DNA of 64,000 nt from an uncultured archaeon (GCA_964389465.1 CAYMDK010000003.1:4148-68147); one strand, 5' to 3'. Counted from the stretch's first letter, positions 1 through 7,720 are shown. Numbers and translations are program-made. Notes: generated from the sequence alone by a model not told the origin.

Positions 1-23
1 AAGAAACTATCCCGGCGTAGTGG

Positions 24-560
24 CTATTCCCGCCGCCGGCGCCACGCCTTGCGCCGCTTGCGCTCGGCGAGCCGCCGGATGGTCGCCTCGGTCTCGCGCA
101 CCGGGATGATGAGCGGCAGAACCGCGATGACGCTGCCGAGCAGCAGCATCCCCAGCGCGGCGGCGAAGCGCGCCTGTATCAGCCACTCCAGGAAGACCGC
201 GACGCAGCCGGTGGCGAGTATCATCGTCGCCCAGGTCAGCCGCCGGTAGGCGTTCTCGCCGATGCCCCACTCGGGAGCGTCAATCGGCGTCTCGATGGCG
301 ATATCGGCCGGCGGCGGCTCGACCGCCGGCGGCGGCCACGCGCGCAGCACGACCCAGGTCAGCAGCGCGCCGAGCAGGATGAACGACACCTGCCCGAAGC
401 CGGGGTCACCGGTGCGGGTGGCGAGCCCGGCCAGCCCCAGCATCAGCAGCCAGGTCGCGGCGACGATGGAGTAGCGCAGTCGCATGTTTTCCGGCGGCGC
501 GGCGGGTGGGCTGGTGCTTTCGTCCGGCTCGCCGGCGTTGTCGCCGTCGCCGTCGGGCAT
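24..560 (-). CDS. Integral membrane protein (about 4 TM helices), last gene of the Rieske/cyt b operon
   Basis: ORF 24..647 trimmed to the ATG at 558-560, 4 nt downstream of the stop (565-567) of the preceding ferredoxin gene. Hydrophobic segments include IVAATWLLMLGLAGLA, VSFILLGALLTWVVL, ILATGCVAVFLEWL and LGMLLLGSVIAVLPLII. No family recognised. Confidence 0.5.
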   Translation of the reverse strand: MPDGDGDNAGEPDESTSPPAAPPENMRLRYSIVAATWLLMLGLAGLATRTGDPGFGQVSFILLGALLTWVVLRAWPPPAVEPPPADIAIETPIDAPEWGIGENAYRRLTWATMILATGCVAVFLEWLIQARFAAALGMLLLGSVIAVLPLIIPVRETEATIRRLAERKRRKAWRRRRE

Positions 561-564
561 GCGC

Positions 565-1413
565 TTACGCCCGTGCTTCCATCGTGATGGCTTCCACGGG
601 GCAGGCGAAGACGCAGAGCGTGCAGCCGGTGCAGGTATCTTCGACAATCAGCGCTTTCTTCGATTCGAACGCGTCGGTGCGTGTTTCGAGTTCCCACTCA
701 ATCATGTCAATCGATGCGAAGTTGCAGAAATAGACGCACTGCGTGCAGCCGATGCACTTGTCATTGTGCACCAGTGCGATGAATTCCTTGCCGCGCGAGA
801 GCGAGTCGAGCGTCTCCTTGCGGATTTCCTTGAAGAGCGGCTTCGCCTTTGCCATGCCGGTATCGGGCAGCTCCAGTCCCTCGAGCGACGCCTTCATGCG
901 CTTGTGCCACACGTCGGGTTTCGGCTCCCACGCTGGCGCCTCGACTGCCGGTTCGGTCGCAACGGCAGCGGCGGCTTCGGCCGGGGCTTCGCCCTCCATG
1001 GCGGCCGCTTCCGCGATTGCCGGGGCGGGCGCGGCATCCGCGCCCGCCATTGCCGCCTCGACGTCGCCCGGGTCGGTAATCAGTACCGCGTCGACCGGGC
1101 AGACCTCCTCGCAGGCGCGGCAGACGATGCAGTCGGGCTCGCGCGGCATGAACGGCTTGCGCTCGGACGCGGCGTGGCCGGGAGAATCAATCCACTCGTA
1201 GACGTCGACCGGGCAGGCGTCGATGCACGCCCCGTCGGCGATGCACATGTCGAAATCGACGCCGACAACGGTGCCCCAGATGCCGAGCTTGCCCGAGTCG
1301 AGGCCGCCGTAGGTGCCGTCCTGCGTCCAGATTTGTACCGGCTCGCTGTCGCCGTCGTGGGTCGCGGCCTGCTTCCAGGCGGAGAGGTATTGTCGGTCGA
1401 TGCCAGCAGCCAT
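565..1413 (-). CDS. Ferredoxin fusion: Sulfolobus/Thermoplasma-type dicluster ferredoxin, Ala/Glu-rich linker, second 2x[4Fe-4S] domain
   Basis: The N-terminal half (LGIWGTVVGVDFDMCIADGACIDACPVDVYEWIDSPGHAASERKP...DCIVCRACEEVCPVDAV) closely matches my memory of the Sulfolobus zinc-ferredoxin core; CxxDxxC suggests a 3Fe-4S site. The C-terminal half has CIGCTQCVYFC and CTGCTLCVFACP. Start ATG 1411-1413 overlaps the upstream stop (ATGA). Confidence 0.8.
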   Translation of the reverse strand: MAAGIDRQYLSAWKQAATHDGDSEPVQIWTQDGTYGGLDSGKLGIWGTVVGVDFDMCIADGACIDACPVDVYEWIDSPGHAASERKPFMPREPDCIVCRACEEVCPVDAVLITDPGDVEAAMAGADAAPAPAIAEAAAMEGEAPAEAAAAVATEPAVEAPAWEPKPDVWHKRMKASLEGLELPDTGMAKAKPLFKEIRKETLDSLSRGKEFIALVHNDKCIGCTQCVYFCNFASIDMIEWELETRTDAFESKKALIVEDTCTGCTLCVFACPVEAITMEARA

Positions 1414-2297
1414 CAGGCGGCTTCCTCGACAAGGCAGGCGGAGAGGAACTGCATCAGGTCCAGCATCTCGAACGAGTGGTTGTGTTCGCCGGGGTCCATG
1501 CGCTCCTCGTTGAGCAGGCACTGCATGTGCATGTAGCACTTGGGACAGCCGCCCAGCATCACCTGGATTTCGGCGTCGGTGCCCTGGTCCAGCCGTTTCT
1601 TGCGCACCGCCTTGGTCGCGTCGTTGCAGTACATCATCGACGAGACGCCGCAGCAGAGCGCCTTCTCGCGGCTGTTCTCCAGCTCGACCATCTCGGCGCC
1701 GTCCACCAACTGGATAAGGTCGCGCGGCGCGTCATATTCGCCCATCATGCGGCCGAGCCGGCACGGGTCGTGGAAGCTGACGCGCACCGGTTCGGGTGAC
1801 TTGAACTTGAGACCGCGCCCGCGCAGAGTCTGCGTGATGTGCTCGACCTGGATGCCTTGGCCGGGCAGGTCGTAGTCGACCGCGAAGGTGCGGTAGCCTT
1901 CGGCGCAGGTGACGACGAGGGTGCGGATGCCGCTCTCCTGCATGCGGCGCAGGTTGTGCGCCTTCAGCTCGTCAAAGACCTCGAGCTGTCCTTGCCAGAG
2001 CTGGTCGTGCCCGCAGCACTTGAACGAGTTCATGTCGAGAATCAGCGGGTCGATGCCGGCGGCGTTCATCAGTTTGATAGCCGCCGCCGCAATCGAGGCG
2101 TGGTCGGCATCGCCTTTGTTCAGGTGCGAGAACTTGACTTCGACGTCCATGAAGTCGACGCAGCCGGGGAAGTAGCCGTATTCGTGCTGCCGCTCGGGCT
2201 GCCACGGCGCTTCGTCGGGCGTGTTGGCGTCGTTGATTATCATGCGCTCGAAGAGCGGGTGCGGAATGGTGCGGGCGTAGGGTTTGGTGCGACTCAT
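1413..2297 (-). CDS. HdrB-like protein with two CCG (Cys-rich) domains
   Basis: Two CCG-type motifs (PGCVDF...FKCCGHDQ and HDPCRLG...ALCCGVSS...GGCPKCYMHMQC), as in HdrB, SdhE-type, GlpC and LutA proteins. ORF 1413..2405 trimmed to ATG 2295-2297, which overlaps the upstream stop (ATGA). Confidence 0.8.
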   Translation of the reverse strand: MSRTKPYARTIPHPLFERMIINDANTPDEAPWQPERQHEYGYFPGCVDFMDVEVKFSHLNKGDADHASIAAAAIKLMNAAGIDPLILDMNSFKCCGHDQLWQGQLEVFDELKAHNLRRMQESGIRTLVVTCAEGYRTFAVDYDLPGQGIQVEHITQTLRGRGLKFKSPEPVRVSFHDPCRLGRMMGEYDAPRDLIQLVDGAEMVELENSREKALCCGVSSMMYCNDATKAVRKKRLDQGTDAEIQVMLGGCPKCYMHMQCLLNEERMDPGEHNHSFEMLDLMQFLSACLVEEAA

Positions 2298-3355
2298 GTT
2301 GGGGCTCCTTGCAGCGCAATTGCGCGTTGCTCGAGGACGTAATCTACGTATTCGATATTTTGCGGGCAGATGGCGGTGCACATGCCGCAGGTGATGCACG
2401 ACCACATCGCGACGCCGTCGTGCTCGTTCTGGAAAGTGTTGAAGATGATGTTCAGCTCCTCCTCACCCTCGTTGGTGCGCACCGGGCAGATGTCGTCGCA
2501 GAGGCCGCACTGGTAGCAGCGGTTGAGCTTGAACTCGTAGATGCGCTGCGTGCGGCGGCTGGTAATCCCGTTGCGGTACAGGTCGAAGCGCTCCTCATCA
2601 CTCTGCGGGCGGGCGCCCTCGGCGCGCCGCCGGTCGAGCCAGAGGTAGGTCAGTCCGGCGCACGCGAGTGGCCCCCATAGCGTCACCTGCGCCAGCACGT
2701 CGGTCGTGACGACCGGGTAATAAAGCGCGATGTTGGCGTTGATGGAGTAGATGGAAAGCATCACGACGAAGGCGAGCCCCCAGACGCCAATCGAGGCGCG
2801 GACGGGGTCCTCGATGGGGCGCCGCGCGTGGCCGGAGTTGAGGACGTCCATCATTGAGTCCTTCGGCCCGGGGTCAATCAGGTACCCCAGTGCCCGGTCG
2901 ATGAACGGGACCGCGACGACCATGCCGACAATCATCCCCTGCACCAGCGTCCCCCACACCTTGGCGGTCATCAGGAAGAAATGGTAACCGAAAATAGTGA
3001 ACTCGATGTCCCACGCCACCTTCAGGCAGCCAAACGCCCAGAGCAGGTACCAGTCCGGCAGCGGTGGCGGGAAGGCGGTCGCGGCGGCCGGGTCGGCCGC
3101 CCGGTGCAATGGCGGTGGAATGAACGCCGCCAGGAAGAAGAGGATGGATGTAACGTATAGCGTCAGCACGCTGTCGCGTATCAATTCGTGGGGGTAGAGC
3201 GGCTCGCCCTTGGCGTGCGACGCCTCGAGTACCGAGTGCGCCTGCCGCGGCGTCTCACCCGTAAATTCGGTCTTGCGCCCGATGCGCTCGGCAGCATCCT
3301 CCGCCTGCCGCTCCTGCTGGTATTCACCAATCAGATTCCCGGTGTCGTCGTCCAT
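2294..3355 (-). CDS. Cytochrome b C-terminal (subunit IV-like) membrane domain fused to an HdrC-like 2x[4Fe-4S] domain
   Basis: Has the PDWYLLWAF (PEWY-type Qo-site) motif and four predicted TM helices. The C-terminus carries CYQCGLCDDICP and CITCGMCTAICP. ORF 2294..3586 trimmed to ATG 3353-3355, overlapping the cyt b stop (ATGA). Confidence 0.8.
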   Translation of the reverse strand: MDDDTGNLIGEYQQERQAEDAAERIGRKTEFTGETPRQAHSVLEASHAKGEPLYPHELIRDSVLTLYVTSILFFLAAFIPPPLHRAADPAAATAFPPPLPDWYLLWAFGCLKVAWDIEFTIFGYHFFLMTAKVWGTLVQGMIVGMVVAVPFIDRALGYLIDPGPKDSMMDVLNSGHARRPIEDPVRASIGVWGLAFVVMLSIYSINANIALYYPVVTTDVLAQVTLWGPLACAGLTYLWLDRRRAEGARPQSDEERFDLYRNGITSRRTQRIYEFKLNRCYQCGLCDDICPVRTNEGEEELNIIFNTFQNEHDGVAMWSCITCGMCTAICPQNIEYVDYVLEQRAIALQGAPT

Positions 3356-4302
3356 CAGTGCGGCTCCGCCTCCCCCTGTATCCAGACCAGCGCCATGTGC
3401 AGCACCATCAGCGCGATTCCCACGACGGGCAGCACGAAGACGTGCAGCCAGTACATTCGCAGCACGGTCGTGCCGGTAAGCTGCGTCCCGCCGAAGACGA
3501 GTTGCGCCATCGGCGGCCCCATCGCCGGGATGGAGGTCGCCATCTCGAGCCCGATTGACCCGGCGGCAAAGCCCAGTTCGTCCCACGGCAGCAGGTAGCC
3601 GGTGTAGCCGAAGAAAATAGTCACCATCAGCAGGATGGAGCCGAGTATCCAGTTCAGCTCACGGGGATTACGGTAGGCGCCGACGAAGTAGACCCGCATC
3701 ATGTGCAGGAATACCGCCGCGACCATGAAGTGCGCCGCCCAGTGGTGCACCGCGCGCATGATGTAGCCGAAAGTGACTTCGGTCATGATGAGTTCCATCG
3801 ACTCGTATGCCCCAGAGGTCATCTCGCCGGTGACGGGGTCCTCGACGAAATCGCCGTCAGGGACGTAGTAAAAACCGAGATAGATGCCGGTAATGGTCAG
3901 GATGATGAACGCCAGGAACGAAAGCCCGCCGAGGCAGTAGAAGGGATACCAGTACCAGACCGCCTTGACGTTGTAGCGCTCGGTGTGCGACTGCGGGAAG
4001 GTGCGGCCGCTCGACGGTAGCAGCGTGAAGACCACCGAGTAGTACTCACGCCGTGCCAGGCTGGCGTAGCGGTGCAGCGCGAACCGCTCGTCGAGCCAGC
4101 TCCAGGTCGACAGCAGCACCTGCGGCAGAGCCCCGGTCGCCCACAGGAACGCGAAGCCGACCACTGCGCCGACCAGCGAAAGGAAAATCAGCAGGAAGGT
4201 GTAATCGCGCATGAACTCCTCCAGCAGTGGCGTCTCGGCGCGGGCACTCCCGGCCAGCGCCAGCAGCGCGAGGGCGGTTGCAGCCGCTATTGTCGTTCTC
4301 AT
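3355..4302 (-). CDS. Cytochrome b6-type (N-terminal half) dihaem cytochrome b with an extra N-terminal two-helix extension
   Basis: Contains RAVHHWAAHFMVAAVFLHMMRVYF and RMYWLHVFVLPVVGIALMVLHM, i.e. two His pairs with b6/Bacillus-type 14-residue spacing in helix D. Also GYLLPWDELGFAAG. Start ATG 4300-4302 overlaps the Rieske stop (ATGA). Confidence 0.85.
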   Translation of the reverse strand: MRTTIAAATALALLALAGSARAETPLLEEFMRDYTFLLIFLSLVGAVVGFAFLWATGALPQVLLSTWSWLDERFALHRYASLARREYYSVVFTLLPSSGRTFPQSHTERYNVKAVWYWYPFYCLGGLSFLAFIILTITGIYLGFYYVPDGDFVEDPVTGEMTSGAYESMELIMTEVTFGYIMRAVHHWAAHFMVAAVFLHMMRVYFVGAYRNPRELNWILGSILLMVTIFFGYTGYLLPWDELGFAAGSIGLEMATSIPAMGPPMAQLVFGGTQLTGTTVLRMYWLHVFVLPVVGIALMVLHMALVWIQGEAEPH

Positions 4303-4976
4303 CCCTGTCCGCAGTATTTCAGCCACTCCAGTTTATCAGTTCGCCCGACCAGTCCGCCGTCGCGCTCGATGACTGGCACAATCGGCAGCCCGTAGGGCGC
4401 CGGCCCCTCGACCAGCTCGGCGACCATCACCTGCCGCCCCAGCTCGTCGGTGTCCTCGATAATCGTGAGAGGGTCGAAGCGGCTCAGGTGGCAGGGGCAG
4501 AGGAACATGGTCTCGTAGGCCGCTCCGCTGAGGCTGCTGACTCCCTCTTCCATAAAGACCGGCTTGCAGCAGAGGTGCGGGCACTTGTAGGTGTGGTACG
4601 CCATCATCATCGCATTGCCGCCATCATCGGGGATACCCCATTCGGCCATTGCCTCCTCGGCCGGCAGCTTGACCAGCGTCAGTACCACCTCGCAGCTTCC
4701 CAGCTCCTGCTCCAGCTCCTCCGGCGCCCAGGTCACCATCGCCGACTGGTTGAGCGCAAAATCCTCCTTGCGTGCGACCTTGCCCGCCAGCGGCTCGTAC
4801 CAGCTGCCCGGCTCCCGCCGCTTGTAGAGCAGCGTGTCGTACGCTGCCTCGGGGTCGCAGCGGATGACGGGCGGCGGCAGCAGAGTCATCAGCGCCGGCA
4901 CCGAGAGCGCGCCGGTTATGCCACCCCCGGCGAGCGTCAGGGCGCCCTTCAGGAAATCGCGTCGCGTTACCGTCAT
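4299..4976 (-). CDS. Rieske [2Fe-2S] iron-sulfur protein with twin-arginine signal
   Basis: N-terminal MTVTRRDFLKGALTLAGGG is a Tat motif. Cluster boxes are CPHLCC and CPCHLSRF. Confidence 0.85.
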   Translation of the reverse strand: MTVTRRDFLKGALTLAGGGITGALSVPALMTLLPPPVIRCDPEAAYDTLLYKRREPGSWYEPLAGKVARKEDFALNQSAMVTWAPEELEQELGSCEVVLTLVKLPAEEAMAEWGIPDDGGNAMMMAYHTYKCPHLCCKPVFMEEGVSSLSGAAYETMFLCPCHLSRFDPLTIIEDTDELGRQVMVAELVEGPAPYGLPIVPVIERDGGLVGRTDKLEWLKYCGQG

Positions 4977-4977
4977 C

Positions 4978-5313
4978 TCACCGCTCCAGCCGCGGCACGA
5001 CCTTGTCGCGGCGGCGCTTGGTTTCGAGGACGTCGGGCAGGAAGCTGCGGCGGTAGAGGTCGAGCATCAGCCCGAACGTCAGCATCGCCATCCCGATGAT
5101 GAATGAGAGGAAAGTCTGGTCCCATCCCTCAATCAGCCCGAAGATGAAGAGCGCGTCGTAGAGTAGCTGCACCACCATCAGCAGCATGATAATCGCGAAA
5201 ATCGAGAGCTGTTCCGGTGCCGGTGTCTCGTGCCGGATTGCGCCGAGCTGCTCGTCACCACGGGTGCCGAGCAGCTTCTGCGCGTCCGCCTGCGTCAGCT
5301 CACCGCGAGCCAC
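4978..5313 (-). CDS. Small two-TM membrane protein (accessory subunit candidate); start uncertain
   Basis: ORF 4978..5409 begins with TTG and would overlap the upstream gene by 80 nt. An in-frame GTG at 5311-5313 lies 16 nt after the upstream stop (5330-5332). TM segments are LSIFAIIMLLMVVQLLYDALFIFGL and FLSFIIGMAMLTFGLMLDL. Confidence 0.4.
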   Translation of the reverse strand: MARGELTQADAQKLLGTRGDEQLGAIRHETPAPEQLSIFAIIMLLMVVQLLYDALFIFGLIEGWDQTFLSFIIGMAMLTFGLMLDLYRRSFLPDVLETKRRRDKVVPRLER

Positions 5314-5329
5314 CTGCTCGAGGATTTCG

Positions 5330-6025
5330 TTAACCTCGGTAATTGGCGCTCCCCCCTCGTAGTACGATGTACGCCAGCAGCACGAAGACCAGCGTGATGG
5401 CGATGCCAATCAGGCCAATCCAGTACTGCTTCAGGCTGACCCCAAGCTCGTGGATGCCCGCTTCGTCCTCCAGCGCCTGCGGCGTCCCGAGCGAGACCGC
5501 CACCAGCCGGGTCCACCCGTCGCCGGCGTCGTTGCCCTTCTCGCCGTTGACGACGTTGAAATAGAGGGTCAGCACCACGTCGCCGCTGCCCTCGTCGGGC
5601 GCGGTCCACGCCACTGTCCAGTTGCGCTGGTCGTTCGAGTCAGCGTTGTGCGAGAGCAGGCGGCCGCCGTCGCCGGTCCAGAAACCGTCGCCGCCGGCGA
5701 AGCTGCCGTTGGTGACGCGCAGCAGGAAGCCGCCCGCTGCCACCGGGTCGGCAGCGTCGGTGACGCCGGAATCGGCGATGGCGAGGCTCAGGTTGTAGGT
5801 CATCCCGGGCTCGTAGCGCGCCGGGAAGCCCTCAAGCGACCAGAGGCCGGTCTCGCTCTGGTCGACGTTGTGACAGCTGCAGCCGTTCAGCATCACGTCG
5901 GCGGCCCAGTCCTCGCCGCCAGTGTCGCCGCCTCCGGAATACCCGAATGCGCTTCCGCCCGTCAGGAGTGCGGCTGAAAGCAGTGCGAAAATCAGTCCGA
6001 AATCACGCCTTTTTCGAAGAGCCAA
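5330..6025 (-). CDS. Signal-peptide plus C-terminal-anchor protein with a single CxxCH motif (candidate monohaem c-type cytochrome, cyt f/c1 analogue)
   Basis: TTG start. N-terminal ALRKRRDFGLIFALLSAALLTGGSAFG, then NGCSCHNV, then a Gly/Asp/Thr/Val-rich region (probably a beta-sandwich), then the C-terminal TM YWIGLIGIAITLVFVLLAYIVL. First gene of the Rieske/cyt b operon. Confidence 0.6.
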   Translation of the reverse strand: MALRKRRDFGLIFALLSAALLTGGSAFGYSGGGDTGGEDWAADVMLNGCSCHNVDQSETGLWSLEGFPARYEPGMTYNLSLAIADSGVTDAADPVAAGGFLLRVTNGSFAGGDGFWTGDGGRLLSHNADSNDQRNWTVAWTAPDEGSGDVVLTLYFNVVNGEKGNDAGDGWTRLVAVSLGTPQALEDEAGIHELGVSLKQYWIGLIGIAITLVFVLLAYIVLRGGSANYRG

Positions 6026-6065
6026 CGATAACCTCCGGCAAGGTCGTCCGCGAGGACGGCTCGCC

Positions 6066-6080
6066 CTATATAATGATATT
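6066..6080. promoter_or_regulatory. AT-rich TATA-like element in a divergent intergenic region
   Basis: ctatataatgatatt is the only AT-rich patch between the divergent starts at 6025 (-) and 6122 (+), about 40-55 nt from each. Confidence 0.3.
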
Positions 6081-6121
6081 GAGAAGCAAGGTCGCTTTTA
6101 GCACGCGCTGGTTGCCCCGTC

Positions 6122-7717
6122 ATGGGCCGGCCTCTCCCCCGGGTTGCGGGCGCACTCCTAGTCGCGGTGGCGCTGCTGTTGCGCTGGCCCCTGACGCCGC
6201 GACCAACCGGCAGCGACAGCTTCGAGTATTTCGTGCAGGTCGCGTCGCTACGTGATGCCGGAGCGATGGAGTGGCTACTCCATCCCGCGGCGTATTTCGG
6301 GCTCTACCCCGGCACATCCCCGTCAGGCCATCTGGTGGTGACCGCCGCGTTCGAGGAGGTGACGGGGCTCGGCTTCGAGGAGTCGTCGCTGCTGCTTTCG
6401 CTCGCCATCTCACTGCTCGGCGTCGCCGGGATGTGGCTGCTGGCGGGCGAGCTGGGCGTCTCGCCCGCAGCGCGCTGGCTGGCGGCGCTCTCGTTCGCGG
6501 TCGCGCCGCGCTTCATCACTTTCGCGCTCTGGCGGCTTTCGCTGCGCTATCTGATGGTGATGCTGCTGCCGCTCTTCCTCTGGGCGCTGCTGCGCAGCCA
6601 GCATCGCCGCTACGGCCGCCATCCGGCACGGCTCATCGCGCTGGGGCTCGCGCTGGGGCTGGCGCTGCCGGCGGTCCACCGTATGGGGCTGCTGCTGCCG
6701 GGCTTCCTGCTGGCGTTCGCGCTCGCGGCGGCGCTCAGCCGCTGGCAGGCGGGCGCGCTCGACCGCGAGCGCGCAGCGCGGCAGGGGGTCGCATTCTGCG
6801 CCGGGCTCGGACTCTACCTCGCCTACCTCTCCTACCTCGGCGGCACGCTCTACGCCCCGTCGGAGGGACTCTTCAGCGTCTACCTTTTTGAGGGCGAAAC
6901 GCTGCCGGTGCGGTTCGCCAACCTCGCGGTGCATTATGGGCTGCTCGGCGGGCCGCTGCTGCTGCTGGCGCTGCTCGGTGCGGGCGGCACACTCCAGCAG
7001 GGGCGCCCGGCGCTGGCGACATGGCTGGCGCTGGCGTGGCTGGCGCTCGGCGCCTACGTCATCCTCGACCGGATTTACCTCGTCTACCTGCTACTGGTCG
7101 GGATGTTGCTACTGGTCGGACCGGGCGCCGAGATGCTGCTGCGTGAGCTGCCATCCCGTCGTGGCCGAGCGGCGCTGGTGGCGGCGCTATTCGTGCTGTC
7201 GGGAGTCTCGGCCGCGGTCGATCTGCGCGAGCGCATTGACCACATGGAGCGGCCGGAGACTGGCTACAGCTACCACGTGCGCGAGCCGACCATTGCCGCC
7301 GCATTCTGGGGTAGCGCGCACGCCGACGGCGAACTCTTCGAGGCGAACGACATCAAGCGCACGCGGAGGGCCGATGCCTACTCCGGGCTAATCGCGACGC
7401 GCGACGCGGATGCACTGGCACAGGGCGTAATCGACCCGGCCGCGATGGAACTGGAATACCTCGGCTGGCGCGAACTCTACTTCGAGACGCTGGACCATCT
7501 CTGGACGTGGGAAAACCGGGGCGAATTCCACGAAAACATCTCGGCTGACCGCAGCCTCTCGCTGGTGAACCTTGCCTTTCCCGAGGCAGTCGGCAGTGCC
7601 AGCATTCCCGAGTCCATCGTTGGCAGCACCCACTACCGCTGGCTCGACTGGTTCTGCTATCGCACCTACGCCAGCAACGAGCTCGCTTTCTACTGGAGTT
7701 ACGGCTACGCGGTGTGA
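6122..7717 (+). CDS. Polytopic membrane protein with a C-terminal soluble domain (possible GT-C-type glycosyltransferase)
   Basis: 531-aa ORF with an ATG start and more than 10 hydrophobic helices, followed by a roughly 170-aa hydrophilic tail. Architecture resembles ArnT/PMT-like enzymes, but no diagnostic motif was confirmed. Confidence 0.5.
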   Translation: MGRPLPRVAGALLVAVALLLRWPLTPRPTGSDSFEYFVQVASLRDAGAMEWLLHPAAYFGLYPGTSPSGHLVVTAAFEEVTGLGFEESSLLLSLAISLLGVAGMWLLAGELGVSPAARWLAALSFAVAPRFITFALWRLSLRYLMVMLLPLFLWALLRSQHRRYGRHPARLIALGLALGLALPAVHRMGLLLPGFLLAFALAAALSRWQAGALDRERAARQGVAFCAGLGLYLAYLSYLGGTLYAPSEGLFSVYLFEGETLPVRFANLAVHYGLLGGPLLLLALLGAGGTLQQGRPALATWLALAWLALGAYVILDRIYLVYLLLVGMLLLVGPGAEMLLRELPSRRGRAALVAALFVLSGVSAAVDLRERIDHMERPETGYSYHVREPTIAAAFWGSAHADGELFEANDIKRTRRADAYSGLIATRDADALAQGVIDPAAMELEYLGWRELYFETLDHLWTWENRGEFHENISADRSLSLVNLAFPEAVGSASIPESIVGSTHYRWLDWFCYRTYASNELAFYWSYGYAV

Positions 7718-7720
7718 GTC

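Noticed and set aside
484-1536. Long alternative-frame or antisense ORFs, for example 484..1536(+), 20520..21638(-), 28166..29401(+), 35276..36859(-), 9396..10303(-), 57347..58147(-) and 52619..53431(-).
   Set aside because: Their translations are monotonous Arg/Ala/Pro/Gly-rich strings, typical of out-of-frame reading of high-GC coding DNA. Each lies on top of an ORF with clear family motifs. None has recognisable domains.
1413-3355. Genuine methanogen-type heterodisulfide reductase (HdrABC or HdrDE).
   Set aside because: There is no HdrA, no NarI-type HdrE and no methanogenesis gene in the window. The Fe-S/CCG module is embedded in a Rieske/cyt b operon. CCG domains also occur in SdhE-type, GlpC and LutA proteins, so only the module type, not CoM-S-S-CoB reduction, can be inferred.
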